Shown here in pieces: positions 9,762 to 19,738 of a stretch of DNA of 64,000 nt (within the stretch, counting starts at the first letter, position 1; each line of letters starts with the position of its first letter). Under the pieces are notes generated by a model. That model was given only the letters and a program-made list of their open reading frames with translations. It ran no database searches and was not told the DNA's origin. This DNA is from Candidatus Methanoperedenaceae archaeon (lineage in GTDB: Archaea > Halobacteriota > Methanosarcinia > Methanosarcinales > Methanoperedenaceae). The stretch spans positions 1-64,000 of the forward strand of contig CAVWCX010000002.1 in the NCBI GenBank assembly GCA_963753595.1, given 5' to 3'. The position numbers were made by a program, and so were the translations under genes.

Positions 9762-10589
9762 ATGACAACAAAAGGCATGGAAAATAAAAAAATTGGATTT
9801 ATCGGGACAGGTAAAATGGGCGAAGCCCTGATCAAAGGCATACTTCATGCCAGGCTCGTTCCTTCCGTGAACATCTATGCCTCTGATATGGATTTAGTGA
9901 AATTAAAGACTCTTGAAACTGACCTTGCGATCAATACATGCAAAGAAAATTGCGATGCAGTGATCAATTCTGATATAATAATCATTGCGGTAAAACCGCA
10001 GATTGTTCCTGCGGTCTTAAATGAGATTAAAAGCTCAATAAAGAACCAGTTGATAATTTCAATAGCTGCAGGAGTAACTATAGATACTTATGAGAAAAAC
10101 CTGCCGCACGGGACAAAAGTTGTCAGGGTTATGCCCAATATTGCAGCAACAGTGAAAGAAGCGGCTTCAGCAATAAGTCCGGGAAGCTCAGTATCAAAGG
10201 AGGATATGGCAATTGCAGTAACTATATTTAGCGCGATCGGAAGAACAGTAACAGTACAGGAAAACCTTATGGACGCAGTCACGGGATTGTCGGGAAGCGG
10301 CCCTGCATATATTTTCATGATAATCGAAGCACTTGCCGATGGCGGTGTGCATGAAGGGCTTGACAGGAACACTGCAAAACTTCTTGCGGCACAGACCGTT
10401 CTGGGTTCTGCAAAAATGGTGCTTGAAGGAGGGAGTCACACCGGGGAATTAAAGGATATGGTGACATCCCCGGGGGGAACAACTATCAGGGGACTTCGGG
10501 TAATGGAAGAACAGGGTGTGCGCATTGCTATGATGAATGCCGTGATCTCGGCCTGCGAGCGTTCAAAAGAACTGGGCAAGAAATCATAA
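9762..10589 (+). CDS. proC: Pyrroline-5-carboxylate reductase
   Basis: GFIGTGKMG, AVKPQ, VRVMPN, SGSGPAY, VTSPGGTT. Confidence 0.96.
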   Translation: MTTKGMENKKIGFIGTGKMGEALIKGILHARLVPSVNIYASDMDLVKLKTLETDLAINTCKENCDAVINSDIIIIAVKPQIVPAVLNEIKSSIKNQLIISIAAGVTIDTYEKNLPHGTKVVRVMPNIAATVKEAASAISPGSSVSKEDMAIAVTIFSAIGRTVTVQENLMDAVTGLSGSGPAYIFMIIEALADGGVHEGLDRNTAKLLAAQTVLGSAKMVLEGGSHTGELKDMVTSPGGTTIRGLRVMEEQGVRIAMMNAVISACERSKELGKKS

Positions 10590-10595
10590 AGCAAT

Positions 10596-11396
10596 ATGTC
10601 ACTTCTTTTTGATATCGAAACAAAAGCAAGGAGGAATCATGCGCGTATTGGCCTTGGGATAGGCAAAGTCTCAGAAAAACTGATACAGAGCGCGCAAGGC
10701 GCATGTGAGTACGCTGATGTTGTGCTTGTTGGCGATGAAAAGGAGATAAAAGAGATAGGTACAGACCTTGAAATAATCCATTCAAATGAGCCTCATAAGA
10801 AATTGATCGAATTGCTGCTTTCCGGTAAAATAGATGGAGCAGTAAGGGGAACGCTCAGTGCGACAAAAACGCTTTCTGAGCTTAAAAGATCGCTGAATTT
10901 AAACAAGTTATACAGGGTGGCATTATTAGAAACAGAAGATGGACGGCCTTTTTTCCTTGCGCCGGTTGGGATTGATGAAGGAAATTCCGTTGATGACAAA
11001 GTTGAGTTGATAAAACGCGGCGCAGAGCATTTCAGGCGCCTCGGTGTGGTAATGAAAGTGGGGATACTCTCAGGCGGACGTTTTGAGGATATTGGGCGGG
11101 ATAAGACCGTTGACAGGACGCTTGAAGATGCCGAACTTGTGACAAAAAAAGTCCAGGCGCTGGGAATCGATGTAAAAAATTATTCAATACTGATAGAAGA
11201 TGCGATCGAGGAGGCTAATTTCATTATGGCGCCCGATGGGATATCAGGGAACCTTATTTTCAGGACTCTTGTGTTCCTGGGGGGCGGATACGGCCACGGT
11301 GCGCCTGTATTGATGGAGAAGGTGTTCGTTGATACTTCGCGTGTGGGAGGGCATTATACAAGGGCGATTATGCTTGCAAGCGCGCTCAAGCAATGA
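10596..11396 (+). CDS. mtxX: Methanogenesis marker protein 4 / MtxX (phosphotransacetylase-like)
   Basis: [40 protein letters not shown]. Confidence 0.85.
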   Translation: MSLLFDIETKARRNHARIGLGIGKVSEKLIQSAQGACEYADVVLVGDEKEIKEIGTDLEIIHSNEPHKKLIELLLSGKIDGAVRGTLSATKTLSELKRSLNLNKLYRVALLETEDGRPFFLAPVGIDEGNSVDDKVELIKRGAEHFRRLGVVMKVGILSGGRFEDIGRDKTVDRTLEDAELVTKKVQALGIDVKNYSILIEDAIEEANFIMAPDGISGNLIFRTLVFLGGGYGHGAPVLMEKVFVDTSRVGGHYTRAIMLASALKQ

Positions 11397-11799
11397 GATT
11401 CCCAATAATTATAACAAACTCATAAAAGTCATCAATCTCTTCTTTGAGGTATTGATATGCTTTGGAATCATCCACTTTACCGTATTTATGGACAAGTAAA
11501 TTCCTGAATCCAACCATATCCTGAAGTCTGTCTGAGAGTTTCGCTGGAATTATTTTTTCTTCGGCAAGCTTTCGTATTGCGTCCCTGTTATCTTTTGGAA
11601 GTCCCAGTTTTTTCCCGGCAATTATCAGGTTGCAGATATCAAGAACATTTTCGCATCCAAGCTGGAAGGTTCTTTCGCATGCTCTCCTTGTCATGCGTTT
11701 TTCGAGATATTCATCTTCCTCAACAGGGATGTCTTCATTGAGTTCAACAAGATATACCTGAAGTTCGCTCAATTTGTCTCTAATTCTTTCAATGTCCAT
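11386..11799 (-). CDS. HepT-like (DUF86/HEPN) RNase toxin
   Basis: GFRNLLVHKY RX4H motif; downstream of an MNT gene. Confidence 0.88.
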   Translation of the reverse strand: MDIERIRDKLSELQVYLVELNEDIPVEEDEYLEKRMTRRACERTFQLGCENVLDICNLIIAGKKLGLPKDNRDAIRKLAEEKIIPAKLSDRLQDMVGFRNLLVHKYGKVDDSKAYQYLKEEIDDFYEFVIIIGNLIA

Positions 11800-11806
11800 G
11801 TCTCTC

Positions 11807-12211
11807 TCATATTATCCGAATTTTACTTCCTGTTCTCTCCATGACTGCCTTGTTGTAGTATTCCCTGTATTGTTTATAGCCTGCATATTCCAGGTCGTTC
11901 TCTTTAAGAAGCGTGAGCAGATAGTACATATCTTTTGTAAAAAGCACTTTTCCCTCTTGCGCTATCCTCTTCCTGATGTGGACTGGCAGGTCGAAATATA
12001 TTGAAATATCTACACCCGATGGCATGGCTGAATCTATCGATAATCTTTCTCTTAAACTGAGTTCTTTGATGGGAATTATGCAGATATCTATATCTCTCCC
12101 CGAACTTCCCCTTGCCCTTGAACCGAAAAGCAGAATACTCTGGATAAAGTCAAAGCTCTTTAAAGTCCTAAGAACTTCATCGATTTCGGTTTCTGCTTGT
12201 GTTGTTTTCAT
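11807..12211 (-). CDS. Minimal nucleotidyltransferase (MntA-type antitoxin)
   Basis: LFGSRARG...DIDI motif. Confidence 0.88.
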   Translation of the reverse strand: MKTTQAETEIDEVLRTLKSFDFIQSILLFGSRARGSSGRDIDICIIPIKELSLRERLSIDSAMPSGVDISIYFDLPVHIRKRIAQEGKVLFTKDMYYLLTLLKENDLEYAGYKQYREYYNKAVMERTGSKIRII

Positions 12212-12436
12212 TTTATTGTACTAATCTGGTCGATAAATCCATCAGAATTCTTTTGTTAGTATTATGACTGACTAACTATTTTATAATAACCTTTTCTTAT
12301 CAAGACTTCAGGTTATTTCCAAAACCTGATTCAGTTTCATTCACCTTTGTACAAGGCTTTCGATATATCTTTAAATGCGAAGGTGCATCGGAAAGATCGA
12401 TAGCGATTATAAAAACTTCTGATTATACTCTTGAAT

Positions 12437-13234
12437 ATGTCCCTCCATTCCCTCCTCCAGAATAAGCTCCCCCCCGAAAAACTCGCCCTCCTCCCTAAAG
12501 GCTTCGAAGTAATTGGTGATATCGCGATAATCAACATCCCGGATGCTCTTGATAATGAAAAATATCTTATCGCGGAGGCATTATCAATTCACAAGAAAGG
12601 CCTGAAAACCGTCCTTCGAAAGCTCAATAAGATCGAAGGCGCGGCAAGGATCGCGGATTTTGAACTGCTGCTCGGGAACAGGACAACCACGTTGCACAGG
12701 GAGAACGGCTGCGTCTTCTTCCTGGATGTAACAAAAACATTTTTTTCAGGAAAAATGTATTATGAGAGGAGCAGGATCGCGCAAAAAGTAAATGATGGCG
12801 AGGATGTCCTTGTTTTATTCGCCGGTGTCGGGCCGTTCCTTATCCCGATAAAGAAACAAAGGAATGTCAACATCATCGGACTTGATAACAATCGGGAAGC
12901 TTGCACTTTCCTGGGTAAAAATCTTGAACTGAATCACATCGAAGCAAATATTCTCCTTGGTGATGCGCGGCATATTAACAATCTTTTCAAAAAGAGCTTT
13001 GACCGAATCGTGATGCCAGCGCCTTATGGGCAGGACTTCTTCCTGGATTTTGCCCAATCAATTTTGAAACCAGAAGGGTATGTCCATTTCTATACTTTCA
13101 AGAAGGATTTTGAGATACCTCATTTCAGGAGGCTGCTTGAAGAAAAAGGGTGGCTTATTGATTTCTACAGGGATTGCGGGGACGTGGCGCCAAGGGTGAA
13201 AAGGTATGTTTTTGATTTGCGGTTGAGGGGATAG
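12437..13234 (+). CDS. Trm5/Tyw2 (Met-10+-like) tRNA SAM-dependent transferase
   Basis: FEVIGDIAII, HRENGC, LFAGVGPF, FDRIVMP. Confidence 0.82.
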   Translation: MSLHSLLQNKLPPEKLALLPKGFEVIGDIAIINIPDALDNEKYLIAEALSIHKKGLKTVLRKLNKIEGAARIADFELLLGNRTTTLHRENGCVFFLDVTKTFFSGKMYYERSRIAQKVNDGEDVLVLFAGVGPFLIPIKKQRNVNIIGLDNNREACTFLGKNLELNHIEANILLGDARHINNLFKKSFDRIVMPAPYGQDFFLDFAQSILKPEGYVHFYTFKKDFEIPHFRRLLEEKGWLIDFYRDCGDVAPRVKRYVFDLRLRG

Positions 13235-13257
13235 TAGTACATTAAGAGAAAAATTAA

Positions 13258-13352
13258 AAAATAGAACACGGATGACACTGATGACGTGGATACACACGGG
13301 ATCAGATCATCTGTGAAAATCCGTATGATCCGTGTCATCAGTGTTCTATTTT
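13258..13352. repeat. Palindromic element with 9-bp-periodic arms (ACACGGATG type)
   Basis: AAAATAGAACAC-GGATGACACTGATGACGTGGAT ... ATCCGTATGATCCGTGTCATCA-GTGTTCTATTTT. Confidence 0.85.
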
Positions 13353-13439
13353 CCTAAATTCCCGAAAATTAGGCACTATGTTCTGATTTTCGGGTAGTGT
13401 ACTAACTTTCGTGACCTGATGTCTTATGTGTCTTTTTCA

Positions 13440-13507
13440 GACAGGATCAACAGGATTTACAGGATTAACCATAAAAATCGTATCCTGTCGATCCTGTTAA
13501 TCCTGTC
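13440..13507. repeat. Palindromic element with 9-bp-periodic arms (ACAGGAT type)
   Basis: GACAGGATCAACAGGATTTACAGGAT ... ATCCTGTCGATCCTGTTAATCCTGTC. Confidence 0.85.
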
Positions 13508-13733
13508 AAATCGCACCAAGTTCAATTAATACAGACAAGTCATAATTTGTAGGCACTGCTGATTTTCGTAATACGCAGCCCACAAGGGAAAAATATAATA
13601 GTGCCTAATTAGGCGTTATAGTCAGATCTAATTTCGCTATGCTGCAATTAAGAAAATGATCTGATGCCCAAAAAATAGGGAATTTAGGATTTTAGTCTAA
13701 AGTCAGTTTCATCCCTGCAAAAATCACGATTAT

Positions 13734-14276
13734 TTATTCGATCAATACTGCAGCAGCAAACACTGTAGTCCATAATCCATCCTTATTACCTTCGGCCGAC
13801 TGGCAGGTATTTGAAGTCTTGAATATATGGCCGCTTGCCTTGTATATCTGCTTTCTTTCATCCCATGCTGTGTTTATGTCAAATTCGATGCCCAATGTTG
13901 TGGCAAGCATCGTGGCTGCAAGGTCTTCAGCATAATCCCCTGCCTTTTTCGCAACTTCTCCAAATGAATGATGCTCGGATAGATATCCATAAACACTGGT
14001 ATCTTTCGGAACTGCAACACCGATAGCCGCAGCCATTAATCGATTAGGCTCATTGGTTTCATTCCTGGCAATTACGCAGAAGGTTATCTGGCCCGGGTTT
14101 AGGTGTTTTAATCCCTCCTCTTTTGGAATGATCCTGCAATTTGGCGGCAGGATGCTTGATACTGAAACAAGGTTACATTTCTCAACACCTGCTTCCCTCA
14201 ATGCAAGCTCGAACGAAGTAAGCCTGTCTTTGTGTACTCCTACTCCTTTTGTGAAGAATATTTTTTCGGGGATCAT
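13734..14276 (-). CDS. pdaD: Pyruvoyl-dependent arginine decarboxylase
   Basis: [20 protein letters not shown] self-cleavage site, YGYLSEHH. Confidence 0.93.
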   Translation of the reverse strand: MIPEKIFFTKGVGVHKDRLTSFELALREAGVEKCNLVSVSSILPPNCRIIPKEEGLKHLNPGQITFCVIARNETNEPNRLMAAAIGVAVPKDTSVYGYLSEHHSFGEVAKKAGDYAEDLAATMLATTLGIEFDINTAWDERKQIYKASGHIFKTSNTCQSAEGNKDGLWTTVFAAAVLIE

Positions 14277-14470
14277 AGTGAATCTCCCATATTTATGTTA
14301 CAGCCCCACAATAGATATTAGTGCGTCGCGGATATTTATTTGTTATTGTGCTTCGGAGTCAAGAATACCTTGCTGAATATCAAGTGTCATGAAAAACCTA
14401 TATCATTCACCATACAGTAAACCAGAAAATAGAGATGATGCAGGGCGTTTTTAACATAAAATTGCAGTAG

Positions 14471-14701
14471 TTAAAGATAAGTTGAAAACTCTTCTTCATC
14501 CACTTTTGCCAGTTTTAGAATTCCCTTCAAGGTTCCTATCTTTATTTCGTCATGCATAGGGACCACAGTTCCAACTTTTCCGTCGGGAGTATCCTTTGAT
14601 AACCTCGCATGACTTCCAGTTCTCCCACTGATCTTAAAACCCATTTTATTACAGAGAATTTTGATGACTTTTTCTCCAGATATGTTTCTAAGCCTTGGCA
14701 C
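14471..14701 (-). CDS. hicA: HicA-family toxin
   Basis: GSHARL and VVPMHDEIKIGTLKGILK motifs; GTG start overlapping hicB. Confidence 0.88.
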   Translation of the reverse strand: MPRLRNISGEKVIKILCNKMGFKISGRTGSHARLSKDTPDGKVGTVVPMHDEIKIGTLKGILKLAKVDEEEFSTYL

Positions 14702-14909
14702 CAACAGCCACCTCAAAGGTTGTCATAAGAGTCTTGCTCAATTCTTTTAAAGGGAACTCTTCCAGATAAAGCTCTGTGGCCTCTTTGAGATTACTTAAAG
14801 CTTCTTCGATGGTTTTTCCCTGACTTACAGTTCCTACCTCAGGGCACTCTGCAACATACATATCTTCTTCTTTATGAAGAACAGCTGTTAAAGTACTCAT
14901 TTTCATCAT
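14688..14909 (-). CDS. hicB: HicB-family antitoxin
   Basis: YVAECPEVGTVSQGKTIEEALSNLKEA motif. Confidence 0.9.
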   Translation of the reverse strand: MMKMSTLTAVLHKEEDMYVAECPEVGTVSQGKTIEEALSNLKEATELYLEEFPLKELSKTLMTTFEVAVGAKA

Positions 14910-14938
14910 AAATATTAATGTTTTATCTTCTACTTAAC

Positions 14939-15193
14939 TTATACAGTATTCTTCAGTTCTCTCAGGGCTTCATAGTCTTCTTCAAGCTCCCTGACATCCT
15001 CAACTCCAATCCTGGGAATAATCCCTTTTTCCAGAAGGAACTCTTTCATTTCGGTCAAAGAAATCCCAGCCATGCTTGCAGCTTTGGCAAGGGATATCTT
15101 TCTTTCCATGTAATGCGCCACAGCTACCTCTTTTAATGTTGCAGTGATATCCAATCGAGCTCCATAGAACCTTGCATTAACCTTTGCGATCAT
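14939..15193 (-). CDS. UPF0175-family HTH protein (putative antitoxin)
   Basis: KISLAKAASMAGISLTEMKEFLLEKGI and ELEED motifs. Confidence 0.75.
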   Translation of the reverse strand: MIAKVNARFYGARLDITATLKEVAVAHYMERKISLAKAASMAGISLTEMKEFLLEKGIIPRIGVEDVRELEEDYEALRELKNTV

Positions 15194-15244
15194 ATAATTA
15201 TAATTTATCTGGTTTCATTAACTTTATATCTTCAATATGAACAT

Positions 15245-15754
15245 CTATCTTAATTCTCTTATAAATTTATGATAACTATTTACAAAGAATTGTTCTAATT
15301 CTTCTCTTTTTCGGGGTATCATCCTGCCGCTTTTATCTTCGACAAATTTAAAGCACAATTCTACAAAATCCATAGCTGACTTGCAAAGGTCTCTGACTTC
15401 TTTTTCATCATATTTCCTGTAATGTATCTTGCCGAACCTGTCAACGCCATACCTTGAAGGTATATAATAGGATTCAAGTTTGTTAACATCAGGCAGCAGC
15501 TTCATAAAGTCATTATTCCGATCTTTAGATTCCGGGATTACGGATTTGACGAGATAGTTTGTATAGATATGTTCATCTGTGATCAAAATATCAAGAAGTG
15601 AGAGACATGCTTTTGCTGATTTTTCGGAAGCCTGCTGGGAGTGGAATATCGCCATCGAGTAAAGCCCCTCTTCCAACGCTGGTCCGATAATTGAAGTATC
15701 GTTCACCGCATCAAGCAAATATCTGATAGCCCTTGCCTCTCTAATATCAGACAT
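15245..15754 (-). CDS. HEPN domain protein
   Basis: FHSQQASEKSAKA and YIPSRY motifs; follows an MNT gene. Confidence 0.82.
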   Translation of the reverse strand: MSDIREARAIRYLLDAVNDTSIIGPALEEGLYSMAIFHSQQASEKSAKACLSLLDILITDEHIYTNYLVKSVIPESKDRNNDFMKLLPDVNKLESYYIPSRYGVDRFGKIHYRKYDEKEVRDLCKSAMDFVELCFKFVEDKSGRMIPRKREELEQFFVNSYHKFIRELR

Positions 15755-16145
15755 GATAGCCTACTTTATTGCCTTCTGCAATGATGGGTTTTATGTTCTT
15801 TACAACATTTTCACACTTTAGCAGTATATCTGTCCCATAGAGAAGCCTGCTTGCATGGTATATTTCATAAAGGAAAGGAGAGGAATATTCCAGGTCATCC
15901 ATGCCAATGAGTAATATCTCAAGCGGCCGTTTTATTTTTCCAAGAAGGGAGTATCTTATTCGGGCTATTTTGTCTAAATCCTTTTCAGGATATTCCCTTA
16001 CAATTACAGCAATGTCGTAATCGCTTTTTTCGTTTTCTTCTCCTTTTGCGATGCTGCCAAATAGATATATAGCTTCGACGCTGCTGATTTCATTTAATGC
16101 TGCGTTGACTATTTGTTCAAGGTCTATTTTTTCATCAGTATTCAT
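15747..16145 (-). CDS. Minimal nucleotidyltransferase (MNT)
   Basis: IYLFGSIAKG...SDYDI motif; start moved to the RBS-preceded ATG at 16145. Confidence 0.86.
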   Translation of the reverse strand: MNTDEKIDLEQIVNAALNEISSVEAIYLFGSIAKGEENEKSDYDIAVIVREYPEKDLDKIARIRYSLLGKIKRPLEILLIGMDDLEYSSPFLYEIYHASRLLYGTDILLKCENVVKNIKPIIAEGNKVGYHV

Positions 16146-16343
16146 CACTCTGCCCCCTTCACAACAGTGGGAATATGCCATGATATCTTAGAATCTAAAA
16201 ATTCATTTTTCTCTCTTTTAGACATATTCAGTGCTCCTCTTAATACAATTCTTTTTACGCAAAAAATGGCTATTCGGTAGGGGAGTTTTCTTAAACATTT
16301 TTGTAACTTCTTCTTTTGTTAACATTATTCTAATTAGTATTTA

Positions 16344-16565
16344 TTACACAATACTTCCGATACCGATTAAGATTATACCTACTCTTGAAAATAAGTTATT
16401 AAATACTCCTTCAATGAGGAAAAATCTACTTAATCTATACACGTATTTATTTGATTCAAATCTTATCTTTCTAGCAAAGAAATTTATTAAATTAATTCGT
16501 CCAAATATAATTTCCAGAGAGGTTAGAAAAGTTCCTGTTAAAATTAATATTAAAGATAATTTCAT
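16344..16565 (-). CDS. Hypothetical small membrane protein
   Basis: AT-rich ORF directly after the 16573-17154 gene, hydrophobic termini; no recognisable family. Confidence 0.35.
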   Translation of the reverse strand: MKLSLILILTGTFLTSLEIIFGRINLINFFARKIRFESNKYVYRLSRFFLIEGVFNNLFSRVGIILIGIGSIV

Positions 16566-16572
16566 AATTAAA

Positions 16573-17154
16573 TCATCTCGATAATTCTACCTCTCCTTTG
16601 TTAGCTTTTATCGCCTTTTGTTGTCGTTCAAGAATTTTATCACAGACAAAATCTACAGCTTCCATTTCAGCTAGTAAAAACATCTTTCCTTTATTTTCGA
16701 CAGCATCGTGAAGAAAGGCTCTAGGATTTAGTTTCTGAGAAAGTGAACCTGAAATAAAATAGTTTACACCAATTATTGTCGCTGGAAGCCAAAGATTATT
16801 ATATAAAAGCCAGGGTACCCAAATAAACGTCGATATTGCAATTCCAGACAAATTTGAAGAGTCTGACTTTGATGAAAAAGGATAATAGAAGTAATAGGGG
16901 TATTTGCGAATTACTGCAATTTCATCCACAGAACATTTAGAGGCATCTGATGTTCGTTTTAATGAAAAACTTAGAAGCGATATGTAACCTTCAAATAAAA
17001 TAATAAGGACTAAAAACACTATAGATGCGTTAAATGGCATAAAGAAAGACCAGATAAGAATACCAATTACAAGCAAAGACAAATTTTGCTTTAACCAAAG
17101 CAAAAGAGCCGCTATGTACACGAAGGGCATCTCTAATGCATATCTCAATTTCAT
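16573..17154 (-). CDS. Hypothetical multi-pass membrane protein
   Basis: AAGGAGG upstream; several hydrophobic segments; AT-rich. Confidence 0.7.
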   Translation of the reverse strand: MKLRYALEMPFVYIAALLLWLKQNLSLLVIGILIWSFFMPFNASIVFLVLIILFEGYISLLSFSLKRTSDASKCSVDEIAVIRKYPYYFYYPFSSKSDSSNLSGIAISTFIWVPWLLYNNLWLPATIIGVNYFISGSLSQKLNPRAFLHDAVENKGKMFLLAEMEAVDFVCDKILERQQKAIKANKGEVELSR

Positions 17155-17271
17155 TCTTTAATTCCCTCCTTTTTGTTCAAAATCTTCTGTATAAGAAACG
17201 GGCTTTCCTACTATATCATAAAATATTAATCCCATATAACTACCTCTCTTTCTTATAAAAAATTGAAGGCA

Positions 17272-17847
17272 CTACCGTGCCCTCATCGACTCCAGCGCCA
17301 TTGCCACCATCGCCTTATACTGCTCCACATTCGTAGAATAATGCTCCCTTGCTTTCACTGCATCAGGCTCATTACCCTGCAATTTTGCAAGCCTCTTTGT
17401 GGTCAGGTCTGCTGTCTCAACAACCCACCTGTCGCGCGTTGCGGCATCAACGACATGCATGGACTCAGCCCTGATGGACACAAGGACATTCCCTTCTTTG
17501 GTCGTAAAGGTCGCGGGTTTCCCAATGACTGCGATAAACTCAGGAGGTGCGGACTTTGCAAGCACCTGCGCGGCTTCGGGCTGGTACTGCCCGGCTGATA
17601 CGAAGAATGCGCCAGTGGGGTCAACGATGCGCCCGCGCCAGAATTCGGAATCTGTTCCGATGTCTTCTTTTTCCGTGAGCGTGCCCACTATAAAGACGCG
17701 GTTTGCTTTTGCGCCGGTTGGTGTGATTAGATATTGCGGTGAATACTGGTCATGCCCTTCCTTTGCCTGCAGGTTTGATTCTTTTAGCTCTGCTGCGAAT
17801 ATGCGGTGCGCTATTTCACGTACGAATCCTGATCCATTTTCAGCCAT
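17272..17847 (-). CDS. RPA-associated OB-fold protein (RPA2-like)
   Basis: REIAHRIFAAE, TPTGAKANRVFIVGTLTE, DPTGAFFVSAGQYQPEA; cotranscribed with RPA. Confidence 0.85.
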   Translation of the reverse strand: MAENGSGFVREIAHRIFAAELKESNLQAKEGHDQYSPQYLITPTGAKANRVFIVGTLTEKEDIGTDSEFWRGRIVDPTGAFFVSAGQYQPEAAQVLAKSAPPEFIAVIGKPATFTTKEGNVLVSIRAESMHVVDAATRDRWVVETADLTTKRLAKLQGNEPDAVKAREHYSTNVEQYKAMVAMALESMRAR

Positions 17848-17848
17848 G

Positions 17849-18790
17849 TTACGCCTCCAGTGCTACAGGCGCCGCAGTTGCTGCAAGTACCCTTGCCAGG
17901 TCTTCTTCAATTGGTGATACATCCTGCTTGATCGTATCAACGAGTATGAACCGGTCAAGTCTTGCTCCGGTTACAACATAATAACGTCCCACGAGCTTGC
18001 TCTTGATAACATCAAGCACAACGGCCTGGTCAAGCGCTTCTGTTGCCATTTCCTTTGCCTTATCAAGGGTGATGCCGGTAAAAGCTTCTGTGACTTCCCT
18101 GTTCATCAGGATGTCCTGAACTTTTTCCCCATTATCAATGACAGCTTTGACTCTCAGGTCATAAATTCCATCGACCTTCCCGTGTTCTCCGCACGCGCCT
18201 TTTATTAGCGCCCTGTTGCATTCCGGGCACCGCTTTATCAGGCCTGAGCCGCTCTGGACATCCACGATCGCGCCATGGAATTCGACAAGAGTGTTTCCTA
18301 CCTTGATATCTTCAGGTAGCAGGATAATTTCACTGGTCTTGTTCAGGCTGACGCTAAAGCGCCCCTGCCATTCGGAAGTTGCCACATTCCTGAAAATATA
18401 GCTTTTTCCTTCCTCGACCTGGGGAAGGTTCGCCTTAGTCCATTTCTTGAATGCCACTGTCCCTGATTCATCCCCCAGCAATCCTGTCTGGGAAAGAGAT
18501 TCATGGTTTGTCTCCCATAACTGCACTACTTTGCAGCGAAGACTTACCCACTTTCCATCTTCTTTTATATCTGATGCTTTAACCTGCGGGGTTTCACGCG
18601 GCGTGAAAAATTCAGTTTTCGGGATATTATGTTTCTTTAAAAAGTGATTTGTTACGTTTCGACGAGCTTCTTCAGGCGGGACCTTGAACTTGTTGATCAA
18701 TTGATCCAGCATTGTATTGATTTCACTTGTCTCTACTTTAACGCCCAGTTCCAGGAATCGGGCTTCTATCTGTTTTGCTATTTCTATCAT
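17849..18790 (-). CDS. rpa: Replication protein A (OB folds + Zn finger)
   Basis: QTGLLGDESG, GSGLIKRCPECNR...CGEHG, YDLRVKAVIDNG. Confidence 0.9.
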   Translation of the reverse strand: MIEIAKQIEARFLELGVKVETSEINTMLDQLINKFKVPPEEARRNVTNHFLKKHNIPKTEFFTPRETPQVKASDIKEDGKWVSLRCKVVQLWETNHESLSQTGLLGDESGTVAFKKWTKANLPQVEEGKSYIFRNVATSEWQGRFSVSLNKTSEIILLPEDIKVGNTLVEFHGAIVDVQSGSGLIKRCPECNRALIKGACGEHGKVDGIYDLRVKAVIDNGEKVQDILMNREVTEAFTGITLDKAKEMATEALDQAVVLDVIKSKLVGRYYVVTGARLDRFILVDTIKQDVSPIEEDLARVLAATAAPVALEA

Positions 18791-18920
18791 ATCTTTCCTC
18801 AAGCCTCTTGTTTGATTTTTGTGTTTGAGAGGCAACTCTACCTTATCCTGTGAGGATATAAACCTTACCGGAGCGGGGTGAAAGTAATATTTTAATAAGT
18901 GAGAATTTCATTAAAAAGAG

Positions 18921-19697
18921 ATGAATAAGATTAGTTATCCTGAAATAAAAGATAAAATTGTTGCCTTCATAAGAAGAACTGTCTCCGGATCAGGAATGAA
19001 CGGGGCTGTCATCGGTTTAAGCGGGGGTATAGATTCCGCATTAACAGCATTTCTCACAGTTTCCGCCCTTGGCAAGGAAAACGTCCTTGGTTTGCTGCTT
19101 CCGGAAAAAGGCATCTCATCAAAGCAGGATATTGATGATGCCATTGAAGTCGCCAATATTCTTGGCATTGAATACAAAATAATAGAAATATCTCCTGTTC
19201 TGGCTTCGTTTTCATCTGCCATTCCCGTTTTTGACAACAGGGCAAAGACCGCTAACGGCAACCTGAAAGCGCGAACGCGTATGTGCATATTGTATTATCA
19301 TGCGAATCTCATGGGCCGCATGGTTGTCGGGACAGGGAATAAGACCGAATTGCTTCTCGGGTATTTTACAAAATACGGCGATGGCGGCGTTGATATTGAG
19401 CCAATCGGGGATCTTTATAAGACCCAGGTGCGCGGCCTGTCAAGATACATGGGTATTCCTGCCAGAATGATCGAAAAAACACCCACTGCAGGACTATGGC
19501 CGGGTCAAACCGATGAAAGTGAACTGGGTGTGTCCTATGATATGGCCGATCAGATACTCACGATGCTTGTTGATGAAAAAATGGATATTTCTGATATAAA
19601 ATCCCGATTCCCGCCTGAAATAGTTGATAAACTGGCAGCGCGCATTTCATCAAGCGGGCACAAGAGAATGCCTCCGCTGGCGATTGAATGCGGTTGA
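18921..19697 (+). CDS. nadE: NH3-dependent NAD+ synthetase
   Basis: GLSGGIDSA, GNLKARTRM, GYFTKYGDGG, PTAGLWPGQTDE. Confidence 0.96.
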   Translation: MNKISYPEIKDKIVAFIRRTVSGSGMNGAVIGLSGGIDSALTAFLTVSALGKENVLGLLLPEKGISSKQDIDDAIEVANILGIEYKIIEISPVLASFSSAIPVFDNRAKTANGNLKARTRMCILYYHANLMGRMVVGTGNKTELLLGYFTKYGDGGVDIEPIGDLYKTQVRGLSRYMGIPARMIEKTPTAGLWPGQTDESELGVSYDMADQILTMLVDEKMDISDIKSRFPPEIVDKLAARISSSGHKRMPPLAIECG

Positions 19698-19738
19698 ATA
19701 TAGTTAAGAACCTAATTTTCAATACTAATCTCGTGAAA

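Noticed and set aside
16231-16584. 117-aa plus-strand ORF in the AT-rich islet
   Set aside because: Low-complexity Ile/Leu/Phe/Lys composition, opposite to the orientation of all neighbours, and no RBS.
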